Below, piece after piece: positions 17,099 to 27,074 of a stretch of 64,000 nt of DNA. This DNA comes from an uncultured Gammaproteobacteria bacterium (lineage in GTDB: Bacteria; Patescibacteriota; Patescibacteriia; Magasanikbacterales; GWA2-37-8). Where the stretch lies: assembly GCA_964510885.1 (NCBI GenBank), contig CAZEDL010000001.1:129310-193309 (forward strand). Reading direction: 5' to 3'. Positions within the stretch are counted from its first letter, which is position 1; every line of letters begins with the position of its first letter. The translations under genes were made by a program, and so were the position numbers. The notes beneath the pieces were generated by a model. The model was not told where the DNA came from, did no database searches, and worked only from the letters and a program-made list of their open reading frames with translations.

Positions 17099-17902
17099 AT
17101 GCGGACTCTTGCTTCCAAAACAATTTACCTGGCAGCCATGGGAATCGTAACGTTACTGATGCTATTCCATTTCTTAGGCTGGCTCCGTTCCGTAGAAAAT
17201 TGGTTTAGAAATTTGTTGACCCCATTTTTTTCTGGCACCCACAGCTTCAGCATCAAAGTAGGGGACAGTTACGAATTTTTTTCAAATCGACAGAGTGTTA
17301 TTAGCGCGTATCAAGCATGCCGAGATACCTCGGCAAAAAATCAAGTTGATATGGCGACAATTGCTGTTTTGACCGAAGAAAATCAAGAGTTGAAAAAAAT
17401 ATTAGCCTTTAAAGAAAACTCCAGTCGACAATTAGTAGTGGCCAATGTGGTCGGCAACGACCTTAATGATGTAGAAAAAACAATTATTTTAAATCGTGGT
17501 CAGGCCGACGGACTAAAACTCAATCAACCCGTAATTGCAGAGAGCGGGGTGCTAATCGGCAAACTAATCGCCGTCGAAGACCAGCAGGCCATGGCCCGTT
17601 TACTGCCGGATAATCGGAGTAAAATTATTGCCGCCCTGCTGAACCAAGAACGCAGCACCGGTGTAGTTGAAGGCGGGTACGGCCTTAGCTTGCGTCTCAA
17701 GTTTATCCCTCGCAATGAAATCGTGACCGTCGGCCAGCAAGTTATCACTTCTGGTCTTGAAAATGGTATTCCAAGGGGACTATTAATCGGCACTGTGGCA
17801 GTGGTAGAAAACGAAGCCTACCAACCATTTCAACAAGCCTTGATAACTCCAATAGTAGATTACTCTAAACTCACCGTTGTCAGCGTGATTACCAACCAGT
17901 AA
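17099..17902 (+). CDS. mreC: Rod shape-determining protein MreC
   Basis: N-terminal TM segment, coiled coil, and the C-terminal beta-domain motif VITSGLENGIPRGLLIGTV. Follows mreB. Confidence 0.8.
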   Translation: MRTLASKTIYLAAMGIVTLLMLFHFLGWLRSVENWFRNLLTPFFSGTHSFSIKVGDSYEFFSNRQSVISAYQACRDTSAKNQVDMATIAVLTEENQELKKILAFKENSSRQLVVANVVGNDLNDVEKTIILNRGQADGLKLNQPVIAESGVLIGKLIAVEDQQAMARLLPDNRSKIIAALLNQERSTGVVEGGYGLSLRLKFIPRNEIVTVGQQVITSGLENGIPRGLLIGTVAVVENEAYQPFQQALITPIVDYSKLTVVSVITNQ

Positions 17903-17936
17903 TTGGCCTCACTTGTTACCTGCAGTTACCACCGTC

Positions 17937-17986
17937 GACTCATTTCACAATCAATCCATGTCATTCCTGACCAGGATCAGGAATCC
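17937..17986 (+). repeat. GTCATTCC-palindrome repeat unit, copy 1
   Basis: CTCATTTCACAATCAATCCATGTCATTCCTGACCAGGATCAGGAATCCAC is 47/50 identical to the reverse complement of 53461-53510. It has an internal hairpin GTCATTCCTGA/TCAGGAATC. Confidence 0.7.
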
Positions 17987-18161
17987 ACAGTTAAAATTTT
18001 TAATTTTCAATTAAAGAATCACTGGGCGACACCATCATTAAAAATTGTAAATTGTATTTATTGACCGAAGGGAAACTAATTGAAAATCATATCTGATACC
18101 ATGTGGATTGTGGATTCCTCCGACTGAGTTGGGAGGATGAGAGTTTTAACATGACTTTTAT

Positions 18162-18707
18162 ATGAACCGTCTTCTGTCAGTCATATACGCAATAATACTT
18201 ACAGCAGGGCTGACTCTCGGTCAAATTTTAATTCGAGAAGTTGCCCCATTTCCATTTAGCCAAATAAATCTTATATTTGCGAGCATTGCCACGCTTGTCA
18301 TCGCATATGGCAATAATCGACCTTTGGTTATAGCTGCTGTAGCCACGCTTCTCTTAGATGGTTTTTCTTCCGCACCTTTTGGCCTTGGAAGTCTTACTAT
18401 ACTGTCGGGCTTAGCCTGCCACAGCTTACTGCTTAGTAAAATTTTTACCACTCATTCACCTTCGATTGTGGCGCTATCAGGATTTTTAAGCAATCTATTG
18501 TACCGCATACTCTGGCTTATTATTATAATATCACTTAATCTTTCGCAAAATAATACGGGCATACTCAATTTTGACCTGCTCCAAAAATGGTCAGCTGATG
18601 TATTTTTAACCACCGGCACCTTGGTGCTTATGTATATGCTCAGCACTCGTTTTGTTAAGCGGCTCAAACCAAACTATATAAACATCCAACGCCAAACATC
18701 CGTATGA
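18162..18707 (+). CDS. mreD: Multi-TM membrane protein, probably MreD
   Basis: 181 aa with 5-6 TM helices. Positioned between mreC and mrdA as in canonical mreBCD-mrdA operons. Overlaps the mrdA start by 4 nt. Confidence 0.5.
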   Translation: MNRLLSVIYAIILTAGLTLGQILIREVAPFPFSQINLIFASIATLVIAYGNNRPLVIAAVATLLLDGFSSAPFGLGSLTILSGLACHSLLLSKIFTTHSPSIVALSGFLSNLLYRILWLIIIISLNLSQNNTGILNFDLLQKWSADVFLTTGTLVLMYMLSTRFVKRLKPNYINIQRQTSV

Positions 18708-20698
18708 AACGAAAGTCAAGCGACCAATCATTATTTTTAGGACTCACCGAGGCCGATACTGATAACTCTAAAATTCCTAATCGTTACCGATTGTCATGGG
18801 TGGAATCATCTTTTGATTTACCAACCTCTAGCCAGGCGTCTGCCTCATACGAACACGATGCCTTTCTCGGAAAAAGTGTTAACCCCAAAAAAACGCGCTG
18901 GTTTTTTTTAGTCTTGCTTGCTGGGGTATTGCTAATCTTATGTCGAGTGAGTTATCTCCAGATTTGGAAAGGGAGCGAATATCGAGCACAGGCAGAAGGA
19001 AATCGTTTGCGTTTGATCCCGGTATTGGCTGAGCGGGGGATAATCTACGACCGCTTTAATCGCGAATTAGTCCAAAATATTCCAAGCTTTACCCTGTCTA
19101 TTATTCCTCAAGATTTACCACGCGATCAAAACGAGCGAACAACAGTACTGTCGCGGGTATCCGAAATGAGCGGAGTCCCAAGCGAAGATATCAATACCGC
19201 ACTCAAAAAATATCGGACCGCTGGATATCAGTCACTCACTGTAAAAGAAAATCTGGATTACGAAGCTGCGCTCACTCTCTATACCGAAAATGCCGACCTG
19301 CCTGGAGTAGTTATTGAAAGCGCCACCAAACGCTACTACCCAGAAACGACTAACTCAAGCTCAAGCAGCACCCTCTCAATGTCGCATCTGTTTGGATATC
19401 TTGGAAAAATAAATGAACAAGAATTAAGCCGAGTTAAAAAAGGCACGTATCTATTAGCCGACACCATCGGTAAAGCCGGTCTAGAAAAATCATATGAAGC
19501 CGAGCTGCGCGGCACCATGGGCACCAAAAAAATAGAAGTTGATGCCAGGGGTAAAGAACAAGCGGTACTAACGATCGATCCTCCTGTACCTGGAAAAAAT
19601 CTAATTTTGACCCTTGATCTTGACGCCCAACGAACACTAGAGCAAGCAGTCAGGCAAACGCTCGACAAGAATAATAAAACCCGGGCCGCCGCAATTGCCC
19701 TTAATCCCGAAACCGGCGCTATTTTGGCTATGGTCAGCTGGCCAAGCTTTGATAATAATCATTTTTCGGGCGGTATAGCATCAAGCACGTATCGCACTTA
19801 CATAAACGACCCAGATCATCCGCTTTTCAATCGCGCCATTGCCGGCCTTATGCCGCCCGGTTCGACCCTTAAACTATTAGTCGGCCTAGCCGCCTTGGAA
19901 GAAAAAATAATCACTACGCAAACCAGTGTTAACAGCGCCGGTGGAATTATGGTGGGCGGACACTTATTCAGAGACTGGAAAGCTGGTGGCCACGGTATTA
20001 CATCACTCACCAAAGCGTTAGCCTGGTCAGTGAACACCTTCTTTTACTATGTCGGCGGGGGATACCGCGATTTTACGGGCATGGGCGTTGATACGCTACT
20101 TAGCTACCTTAATCATTATAAACTTACCGACACTACGGGTATAGATCTGCCGGGTGAACGAGCTGGCTTTTTACCAAGTAGGGAATGGAAACAAGAGAAA
20201 CGTGGTGAACCTTGGTATGTCGGTGACACATACAATTTATCAATCGGCCAGGGAGATTTAGTGGTCACCCCGTTGCGTGTAGCCTGGTGGACGGCCTTTA
20301 TTGCTACTGGTAAAAATATCAAGCCGCATTTGGCCGATGCGCTCGTCGATTCAATTACCAAAAAACGTACCTCACTAAACTTTAGTGATAATCCTGAAGC
20401 GCTTGCGAATTCGGGCAACGAAGCGGTCATCCGCCGAGGGATGAAAGAATGCGTGGAGTATGGTAGCTGCCGTGCTCTCGCCACTCTACCCTTCACAGTA
20501 GGTGGCAAAACCGGCACCGCTCAGTGGAGTTCAAGTCATGATACCCACGCCTGGTTCACCTCATTTGCTCCAGTCGAGCGCCCCCAAATCGTTGTTACCG
20601 TGCTCGTTGAAGAAGGTGGTGAAGGCTCAGGCGTAGCACTGCCAATTGCTAAACAATTTTTAAGTTGGTGGGGGAAAAAATATTTGACAGGGGGATGA
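18704..20698 (+). CDS. mrdA: Penicillin-binding protein 2 (elongasome transpeptidase)
   Basis: N-terminal TM segment and dimerisation domain. Transpeptidase motifs STLK (PPGSTLK), SVN and KTGTA. Confidence 0.85.
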   Translation: MKRKSSDQSLFLGLTEADTDNSKIPNRYRLSWVESSFDLPTSSQASASYEHDAFLGKSVNPKKTRWFFLVLLAGVLLILCRVSYLQIWKGSEYRAQAEGNRLRLIPVLAERGIIYDRFNRELVQNIPSFTLSIIPQDLPRDQNERTTVLSRVSEMSGVPSEDINTALKKYRTAGYQSLTVKENLDYEAALTLYTENADLPGVVIESATKRYYPETTNSSSSSTLSMSHLFGYLGKINEQELSRVKKGTYLLADTIGKAGLEKSYEAELRGTMGTKKIEVDARGKEQAVLTIDPPVPGKNLILTLDLDAQRTLEQAVRQTLDKNNKTRAAAIALNPETGAILAMVSWPSFDNNHFSGGIASSTYRTYINDPDHPLFNRAIAGLMPPGSTLKLLVGLAALEEKIITTQTSVNSAGGIMVGGHLFRDWKAGGHGITSLTKALAWSVNTFFYYVGGGYRDFTGMGVDTLLSYLNHYKLTDTTGIDLPGERAGFLPSREWKQEKRGEPWYVGDTYNLSIGQGDLVVTPLRVAWWTAFIATGKNIKPHLADALVDSITKKRTSLNFSDNPEALANSGNEAVIRRGMKECVEYGSCRALATLPFTVGGKTGTAQWSSSHDTHAWFTSFAPVERPQIVVTVLVEEGGEGSGVALPIAKQFLSWWGKKYLTGG

Positions 20699-20758
20699 CG
20701 TGTGTTATAGTAACTACATAATTTAAAAATTTTTTCTCTACCTATAATTCCATTGTCT

Positions 20759-21220
20759 ATGGAAGAAACAGTTCACTACGTATCTGCCCAAAGTCTAGCT
20801 GATCTGAAACAAGAATACGAAAATTTAAAAAATGTTACCATTCCGGAAATTGCCAAACGCATTGATGAAGCCAAACAACAAGGCGACCTGTCAGAAAATG
20901 CCGAATATACGCAAGCCCGTGAAGACATGTCGTGGGTGCAGGGCCGCCTGCTCGAGCTGGAACAAATTATCACCAATTCCAAAATTATCACTCATCAAAC
21001 TACCGGAGTCGTTGGTGTCGGGAGCGTGGTGATTGCCACCATAAATGGCAAAGATCGAGACCTCACCATAGTCGGGCCGCAAGAAGTCAATCCGGCTAAA
21101 GGCCTAATTTCCAACGAATCACCGCTCGGTCAGGCACTTATCGGCCATAAAGCTGGCGAGACAGTCGAGGTATCGGCCCCAGCCGGAAAAATAAAATACA
21201 CCATAAAAGCCGTTAAATAA
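20759..21220 (+). CDS. greA: Transcription elongation factor GreA
   Basis: N-terminal coiled coil (LSENAEYTQAREDMSWVQGRLLELEQII) and a C-terminal FKBP-like domain. Start moved to the ATG at 20759; the track starts at a TTG at 20753. TATAAT at 20743-20748 gives a near-leaderless transcript. Confidence 0.85.
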   Translation: MEETVHYVSAQSLADLKQEYENLKNVTIPEIAKRIDEAKQQGDLSENAEYTQAREDMSWVQGRLLELEQIITNSKIITHQTTGVVGVGSVVIATINGKDRDLTIVGPQEVNPAKGLISNESPLGQALIGHKAGETVEVSAPAGKIKYTIKAVK

Positions 21221-21235
21221 GACAAAAAACTCCTC

Positions 21236-21268
21236 AAAAAGTCCCTGATTTACAGGGGCTTTTTTTAT
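21236..21268 (+). terminator. Intrinsic terminator after greA
   Basis: AAGTCCCTG-attta-CAGGGGCTT followed by TTTTTT. Confidence 0.75.
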
Positions 21269-21279
21269 ATCAAAAATCT

Positions 21280-21308
21280 TTGACGAATCGGTTTATTTTC
21301 GCTATATT
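21280..21308 (+). promoter_or_regulatory. Sigma70-type promoter for lysS
   Basis: TTGACG (21280-85), a 17-nt spacer, then TATATT (21303-08). About a 100-nt leader to the ATG at 21415. Confidence 0.5.
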
Positions 21309-21414
21309 ACTACATGTATTTTACTTACAATTCCTAAGCAAGCCACAGCAACTAGCTACCGTTACGCGTGCTTCATAAAAAAGATCTCAAATACTGCTAA
21401 GTACTTAATATATT

Positions 21415-22920
21415 ATGCCGGAACATCAAACTGAAGCCGAGGTGCGGCTTGAACATTTAAATCGCTTGATTAGCGCCGGAGTGAGCCCCTATCCAGCTAC
21501 CACCGGAGCCCATGTATCAATCGATTCACTAACCGACCTTCCCGTCGATACCAGCGTCACCATTGCAGGCCGTATCGTCGCCAAGCGTCTCATGGGAAAA
21601 TTATGTTTTGCCAAACTTTCTGATGCGACAGGACAATTCCAAGTCGCTTTTTCTGAAAAAGAATTAGGTAAAGAAACCTACGATTTTTTCAGCAGCACCA
21701 TTGATCTGGCAGATTTTGTGACTGTCACCGGTCCAATTTTTATCACCCATAAAGGGGAGCGAACAATCTTAGTTAAAAACTACCAACTACTAACCAAGGC
21801 ACTATTGCCACTTCCCGAAAAATGGCACGGGTTGTCTGATGTTGAAACGCGCTATCGTCAACGATACCTTGATCTGTTAGCCAACGAAGAATCAATGCGA
21901 ATTGCCAAGCTGCGCAGCAAACTAGTGCGAGAACTCCGCTCCTATTTTGATACTCGCGGATTTCAGGAAGTGGAAACGCCAATCTTGCAACCACTCTATG
22001 GCGGTGCCAATGCCCGCCCATTTGTTAGCCACCACGAAGCCTTAGACATCACCCTCTATTTGCGCATCGCTCCAGAATTATATTTAAAACGATTAATTGT
22101 CGGGGGTTTTGAAAAAGTCTACGAAATCGCCCGCTGCTTCCGCAACGAAGGCATCGATCATAACCACAATCCGGAATTTACCCAGATAGAATACTACTGG
22201 GCCTATGCCGATTATAATGATTCCATGAATTTGGTAGAAGAAATGTTGCCGTATCTTATTAATGCCATTGGTCTGCCCCTGCAATTTGAAGCCGATGGTA
22301 AACAAGTGGATTTTAGCGGGCCATATCCGCGAATCACCATGCGCGAACTCATCAAGCAGTATGCCAAAATTGATATTGAGGATTATCCGGATCAAGTGAG
22401 CCTCTATAAAAAAGCCACCGAACTTGGCGTAGAAGATCTGTCACCAGCCGATGGGCGCGGTAAACTAATTGATGAAATCTACAAGAAATTTGCCCGTCCG
22501 AATATTGTCGACCCAATTTTTGTCATTGATCACCCTGTAGAATTATCACCGCTCGCGAAACGCAAAGCCAGTGACCCTCGCTATGTAGAGCGTTTTCAAC
22601 TCTTATGCGTTGGGGGCAACGAACTCTGCAACGCCTTCACCGAGCTCAATGACCCGCTCGATCAAGAAGAACGCTTCAAAGAACAAGAACGCCTGCACGC
22701 CGCCGGCGATGCCGAAGGCATGCGCTACGATGCCGATTACATCACCGCCCTAAAGCATGGCATGCCGCCGACCAGTGGTCTTGGCATGGGCATCGATCGC
22801 TTAGTAAAATTACTCGTCAATGCTCAAAACTTAAAAGAAGTAATTCTATTCCCCACACTTCGCCCCGAAGTGTCTGTACCGAATGAAGAGGCGGCACCAC
22901 AAAAAGATAGCTCTAAATAG
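21415..22920 (+). CDS. lysS: Lysyl-tRNA synthetase, class II
   Basis: N-terminal OB anticodon-binding domain. Class II motifs FRNEGIDHNHNPEFT, the motif-2 region, and the motif-3 GMGIDRLVKLL. Confidence 0.9.
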   Translation: MPEHQTEAEVRLEHLNRLISAGVSPYPATTGAHVSIDSLTDLPVDTSVTIAGRIVAKRLMGKLCFAKLSDATGQFQVAFSEKELGKETYDFFSSTIDLADFVTVTGPIFITHKGERTILVKNYQLLTKALLPLPEKWHGLSDVETRYRQRYLDLLANEESMRIAKLRSKLVRELRSYFDTRGFQEVETPILQPLYGGANARPFVSHHEALDITLYLRIAPELYLKRLIVGGFEKVYEIARCFRNEGIDHNHNPEFTQIEYYWAYADYNDSMNLVEEMLPYLINAIGLPLQFEADGKQVDFSGPYPRITMRELIKQYAKIDIEDYPDQVSLYKKATELGVEDLSPADGRGKLIDEIYKKFARPNIVDPIFVIDHPVELSPLAKRKASDPRYVERFQLLCVGGNELCNAFTELNDPLDQEERFKEQERLHAAGDAEGMRYDADYITALKHGMPPTSGLGMGIDRLVKLLVNAQNLKEVILFPTLRPEVSVPNEEAAPQKDSSK

Positions 22921-22924
22921 TACT

Positions 22925-23317
22925 ATGAAAAAAGTACTTGCTTTTGGCACCTTTGACCACTTGCATCCTGGCCATTCATTTTTTTTAGCCGAAGCCAAAA
23001 AACTCGGCGACCACTTAACCGTGGTAGTAGGCCGAGATGTCACCGTTAGCCAAGTAAAACACCACCTGCCAAAACAATCAGAAGTCGAGCGCTTAGCTGC
23101 AGTAGCCAAAGATCCGGCCGTCGATAAAGCTCGGCTCGGGAATACCGGTGAAGATAAATTAAAAGTGATCGAAGAAGAGAAGCCAGATATTATTGCGCTA
23201 GGCTATGATCAAAAAGTATTTGTAGACTTGTTACTTGAGAAATATTCTGGAAAAATTCAAATTTCTTGGATCGAAGCCTTCCAACCGGATATCTACAAAA
23301 GCTCCAAACTAAGGTAA
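22925..23317 (+). CDS. Cytidylyltransferase-like nucleotidyltransferase (RibL/TagD-like)
   Basis: FGTFDHLHPGH (HxGH motif), KPDIIALGYDQ. About 130 aa. Start set to the ATG at 22925. Confidence 0.6.
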   Translation: MKKVLAFGTFDHLHPGHSFFLAEAKKLGDHLTVVVGRDVTVSQVKHHLPKQSEVERLAAVAKDPAVDKARLGNTGEDKLKVIEEEKPDIIALGYDQKVFVDLLLEKYSGKIQISWIEAFQPDIYKSSKLR

Positions 23318-23319
23318 CT

Positions 23320-24372
23320 ATGAAGACGCCTGCCCCGCTCAAAATTTTAATCGCCACTTCGAACCCCGGAAAATTTCAGGAATTTATCTTAGAATTTGCT
23401 GATTTACCTTTTACATTTGTAAATCTCACGGACTGCGGTCTTGGCAACCTTGACGTTGACGAACCCTACGACACCACCGAACAAAACGCCATTCACAAAG
23501 CTAAAATCTATGGACAAAAGAGCGGCCTCTTAACTATTGCCGAAGATAGCGGTTTATTTGTACGAGCACTGCAAGGTGCCCCCGGCGTCCATTCAAAACG
23601 CTACGCACCCACCGCTCCCGAACGAGTCAAAAAACTCTTGGCCGCTCTAACCGGAGTGCCGACCAAACACCGCTCAGCTTCATTTGAAAGTTCAAGCTGC
23701 CTGTATAATCCAACTACTCATTCATACACCGTATTTTCGGGTCAAACCCACGGCCACATCACTGAGCGCACCAGCCGTATTCCTGCCCGCCCCGGGCTCG
23801 AATACGACAGTGTTTTTTACTATGAGGCCGCTAAAAAAATCGGCACCGCAATTTCGCCCGCTGAAAAAAATCTGATTAGTCATCGAGGCCAACTAGCCAT
23901 CCAGCTCAAAATTTACCTAACGCGCCAACTGTCTTTCAAACAGATAATTGTGCCCGCCGCGCTGGTGGTAAAAGATCGTAAATTATTTTGCAACAAACGC
24001 CGCGACCACCGCCCTCACATGAATAATAAGTGGGAATTTCCAGGTGGGGGAATAGATAATGGCGAAGATCCAGTTGAGTGTGTAAAACGAGAAATAAAAG
24101 AAGAGACGGGATATACCGTAGAACCAATCGAAATGATTCCGCACATGCTCTCAACCGTTGCAAAAGGGGCCAGCCAAGAGCCATACCAAGTATTCATCTT
24201 CTGTTATATCTGCAAAATAACGGGGGGCAGTCTCAAAGTCCCTGCCGGAGAATCTAACGGACACGGATGGTTCACTCTTGCAGAAGCTAAAAAGCTGGAT
24301 TTTCTAGCTTTAAACAAGCAACTGTTCCGTCTCAAGCACACTCTCGCTATCATTAAAAAATATATTGATTAA
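23320..24372 (+). CDS. Fusion of RdgB/HAM1 non-canonical purine NTP pyrophosphatase (ITPase) and a NUDIX hydrolase
   Basis: N-terminal ILIATSNPGKFQEF...IAEDSGLFVRALQGAPGVHSKRY...ISHRGQ follows E. coli RdgB throughout. C-terminal Nudix box WEFPGGGIDNGEDPVECVKREIKEETGY. Confidence 0.75.
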   Translation: MKTPAPLKILIATSNPGKFQEFILEFADLPFTFVNLTDCGLGNLDVDEPYDTTEQNAIHKAKIYGQKSGLLTIAEDSGLFVRALQGAPGVHSKRYAPTAPERVKKLLAALTGVPTKHRSASFESSSCLYNPTTHSYTVFSGQTHGHITERTSRIPARPGLEYDSVFYYEAAKKIGTAISPAEKNLISHRGQLAIQLKIYLTRQLSFKQIIVPAALVVKDRKLFCNKRRDHRPHMNNKWEFPGGGIDNGEDPVECVKREIKEETGYTVEPIEMIPHMLSTVAKGASQEPYQVFIFCYICKITGGSLKVPAGESNGHGWFTLAEAKKLDFLALNKQLFRLKHTLAIIKKYID

Positions 24373-24384
24373 ATAAAGAGCCGT

Positions 24385-25623
24385 ATGCTAGATATTAACC
24401 TAATCCGTCAAAACCCTGAACTCATCAAAAAAAATAACGCTACTCGAAACGTTACTGTCGATCTCGATGCTATTTTAATCCTCGATGAAGAAAAAAATAA
24501 ACTTAAGACCGAAGCCGATCGATTGCGTTCAGAGCGCAACAAGCGCTCCAAAGGCAAGCCCTCTGAAGATGAAATCAAGCTGCTGCGGAAGCTCGGCGAA
24601 GAGGTGAGCGGGCTCGAACAAATCGTCGCCGAAAAACAAACTGCTCTTGATGCGCTACTTGGTAAAATTCCAAATATTAATCACGATAGCACGCCAGTTG
24701 GCCCCGATGAGAGCGGTAATGTAGTGGAACGCACTAGCGGTACGAAGCCTCAATTCTCATTTGAACCACTTGAGCACCATCTGGTTCCAAGTGTCAAAAA
24801 TTACATAGATCTTGAACGGGGTGCTAAATTATCTGGTTCGCGTTTTTATTACCTCAAAGGCAAACTCGCCATTTTAGAGCGCGCCCTTATTCAATTCACG
24901 CTCGACACTATTCAAAAACAAGGCTTTGAGCTTATCTTGCCACCACTTCTTGTCACTGAACCAGCCATGTACGGCACTGGATTTTTCCCCGCTGACCGGA
25001 ATGAAGTTTATGCCGTAAACCCGGATGAAGATGATTTATACTTAATCGGCACCTCCGAAGTGCCGTTAGTATTCATGCACAGTAATGAAATTCTTAAGGC
25101 CGGAGACCTACCAAAAAAATATGTCTCGGTGACACCCTGTTTCCGCCGTGAAGCCGGTAGCTACGGCAAAGACACCAAAGGCATCTTCCGCGTCCACCAA
25201 TTCTATAAAGTAGAAATGGTTGTTTTCTGCCGGCCTGAAGACTCATGGAATATTCACGCCGAAATCCTGGCTCATGAAGAAACTATTTTGCAGGCACTAG
25301 GCCTTCATTATCAAGTACTTAATATTTGTAGTGGCGACCTTGGTTTTCCAGCCGCTAAAAAATATGATTGCGAAGGGTGGTTCCCTGGCCAGAGCCGCTT
25401 TCGAGAGCTCACTTCCACCAGCAACACCACCGATTATCAAGCCAGGCGTAGCAACATTCGCTATGAAACACCTGACGGTAAAAAAGAACTCGCCCACACG
25501 CTAAATGGTACGGCCGTAGCCGACCGCACGCTGCTCGCTATTATTGAAAACTACCAGACCGCTGATGGGGGAGTAGTCGTACCAGAAGTGCTACGTAAAT
25601 ATACTGGTTTTGACCAGATCTAA
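24385..25623 (+). CDS. serS: Seryl-tRNA synthetase
   Basis: N-terminal coiled-coil arm. Class II core FRREAGS...GIFRVHQF..VE, then the motif-3 region. Confidence 0.9.
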   Translation: MLDINLIRQNPELIKKNNATRNVTVDLDAILILDEEKNKLKTEADRLRSERNKRSKGKPSEDEIKLLRKLGEEVSGLEQIVAEKQTALDALLGKIPNINHDSTPVGPDESGNVVERTSGTKPQFSFEPLEHHLVPSVKNYIDLERGAKLSGSRFYYLKGKLAILERALIQFTLDTIQKQGFELILPPLLVTEPAMYGTGFFPADRNEVYAVNPDEDDLYLIGTSEVPLVFMHSNEILKAGDLPKKYVSVTPCFRREAGSYGKDTKGIFRVHQFYKVEMVVFCRPEDSWNIHAEILAHEETILQALGLHYQVLNICSGDLGFPAAKKYDCEGWFPGQSRFRELTSTSNTTDYQARRSNIRYETPDGKKELAHTLNGTAVADRTLLAIIENYQTADGGVVVPEVLRKYTGFDQI

Positions 25624-25637
25624 TACTTCGTTAGATC

Positions 25638-26642
25638 ATGACCAACCCCTATTCGTTTAGCAAAAAACTAATTACCAAACGGTTTCTTTTGCATCCTGCT
25701 ACGATTATAACGGCCATACCAACCGCCTTTCTTATTGGTTTTGTAATTATCGGCAATCTTGCTAAAGATAGCAATAGGGAGCTGCTAACAGGAGTCAGTT
25801 GGGGCGCTAGTATACTAGGAATAATTTTTGTGCTCACCCTTACGACAACCTGGTTGCTGGCAAAATGCGGCTTTCCCTATCAAACATATGAGTTACTTGA
25901 GGATAGTATTGAGCTTGAAAACAGGGGATGGATTTTTAAGAGTAAAAAAAGTATTCAATATAGCAAAATTATCCAGATAAGCCTATCAGAAAGTTTAGGC
26001 AACCGCGTATGGAATCTAAAAGATATTGTTCTTAAAGTAATTGATGATGAAAAGCATATAGTCTATGCTAGAACGCTACATGGCTTTGATCAACGCGAAG
26101 CAGAACTCCTAAAAAACGCTTTGGTCAAAAAAATAACTGCAACAGAGCATGCCACGAGCGAATATCACAATCTTAATATTGATTTGCCAAAAACCATTAT
26201 TAATAGTCTGGGCTTTGGATTTCTAGGTGCAGTATTTATAGGGGTCGTTACCGGAGCATCATACAAATATAAATTCTCTATTTCACGATATGGTTATAAT
26301 CCTATAACCAGTATCAATGAGATCATCCTTTTTGAAGCCGTTGCTGCACTCTTATTTTTATACGGAATTTGTAATAAATGGTACGGTTGGAAATTGAGCG
26401 CAACACCAACCGAACTCATAATCAGTCATGGTTTTTTTATCAGGACAGTTGATTACATTTTTTATTCACATCTTCAGACTGGTTTTTTGAGCGGGTTATT
26501 TTTTAAGAGTATAACATTCCACTTACCTTATGACTGTTTGGTAGAATTTCCACCGCTAGTGGGGCGTGAGGGCGAAAAAGTCCTATCAGAAATTAATCAA
26601 AAATTAACCACAACCTATGAAAAACATCCTCAAAGAATTTAA
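25638..26642 (+). CDS. Membrane protein with YdbS/YdbT-like bacterial PH (bPH_2) domains
   Basis: Two TM-hairpin plus bPH-like repeats, including YELLEDSIELENRGWIFKSKKSIQYSKIIQISL. Confidence 0.45.
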   Translation: MTNPYSFSKKLITKRFLLHPATIITAIPTAFLIGFVIIGNLAKDSNRELLTGVSWGASILGIIFVLTLTTTWLLAKCGFPYQTYELLEDSIELENRGWIFKSKKSIQYSKIIQISLSESLGNRVWNLKDIVLKVIDDEKHIVYARTLHGFDQREAELLKNALVKKITATEHATSEYHNLNIDLPKTIINSLGFGFLGAVFIGVVTGASYKYKFSISRYGYNPITSINEIILFEAVAALLFLYGICNKWYGWKLSATPTELIISHGFFIRTVDYIFYSHLQTGFLSGLFFKSITFHLPYDCLVEFPPLVGREGEKVLSEINQKLTTTYEKHPQRI

Positions 26643-27030
26643 AGAATTTGCTGTTAAAGGTAATGTCATCGATCTCGCCGTTGGCGTCGTAATTGGTGGA
26701 GCTTTTGGGAAAATTGTCTCTTCTCTAGTTAGCGACATAATCTCTCCGTTATTAAGCGTTTTAACCAATAGTATCGATCTAAAAAATCTTCATGCAGTAA
26801 TTAAAACCGGCCCACTTGGCCAGCCACCTGTGCTGCTCAATTACGGACTATTTATCGAGAATATTATCGATTTTATCATTATCTCTTTCACTATTTTCCT
26901 CATGGTAAAGGGAATTAATCAAGTACGTAAAAAACAAGCAGCCGAAGAAGCCAAGCCGGTCCTACCACCACGGCAAGAACAACTTCTCGAAGAAATTCGC
27001 GACCTATTAAAAAGTCAGACCAGAAAATAA
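26617..27030 (+). CDS. mscL: Large-conductance mechanosensitive channel MscL
   Basis: MKNILKEFKEFAVKGNVIDLAVGVVIGGAFGKIVSSLVSDII is the canonical MscL N-terminus and TM1. Confidence 0.85.
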   Translation: MKNILKEFKEFAVKGNVIDLAVGVVIGGAFGKIVSSLVSDIISPLLSVLTNSIDLKNLHAVIKTGPLGQPPVLLNYGLFIENIIDFIIISFTIFLMVKGINQVRKKQAAEEAKPVLPPRQEQLLEEIRDLLKSQTRK

Positions 27031-27035
27031 CCGCT

Positions 27036-27066
27036 AAAAAAACCGGCCGTAACGGTCGGTTTTTTC
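27036..27066. terminator. Bidirectional intrinsic terminator between mscL and the convergent gene
   Basis: AAAAAACCGGCCG-taa-CGGTCGGTTTTTT. Confidence 0.7.
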
Positions 27067-27074
27067 TTCAAAAA

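Noticed and set aside
21317-21414. T-box or other leader riboswitch ahead of lysS
   Set aside because: The ~100-nt leader is too short for a T-box and shows no specifier or antiterminator arrangement. L-box motifs were not recognisable.
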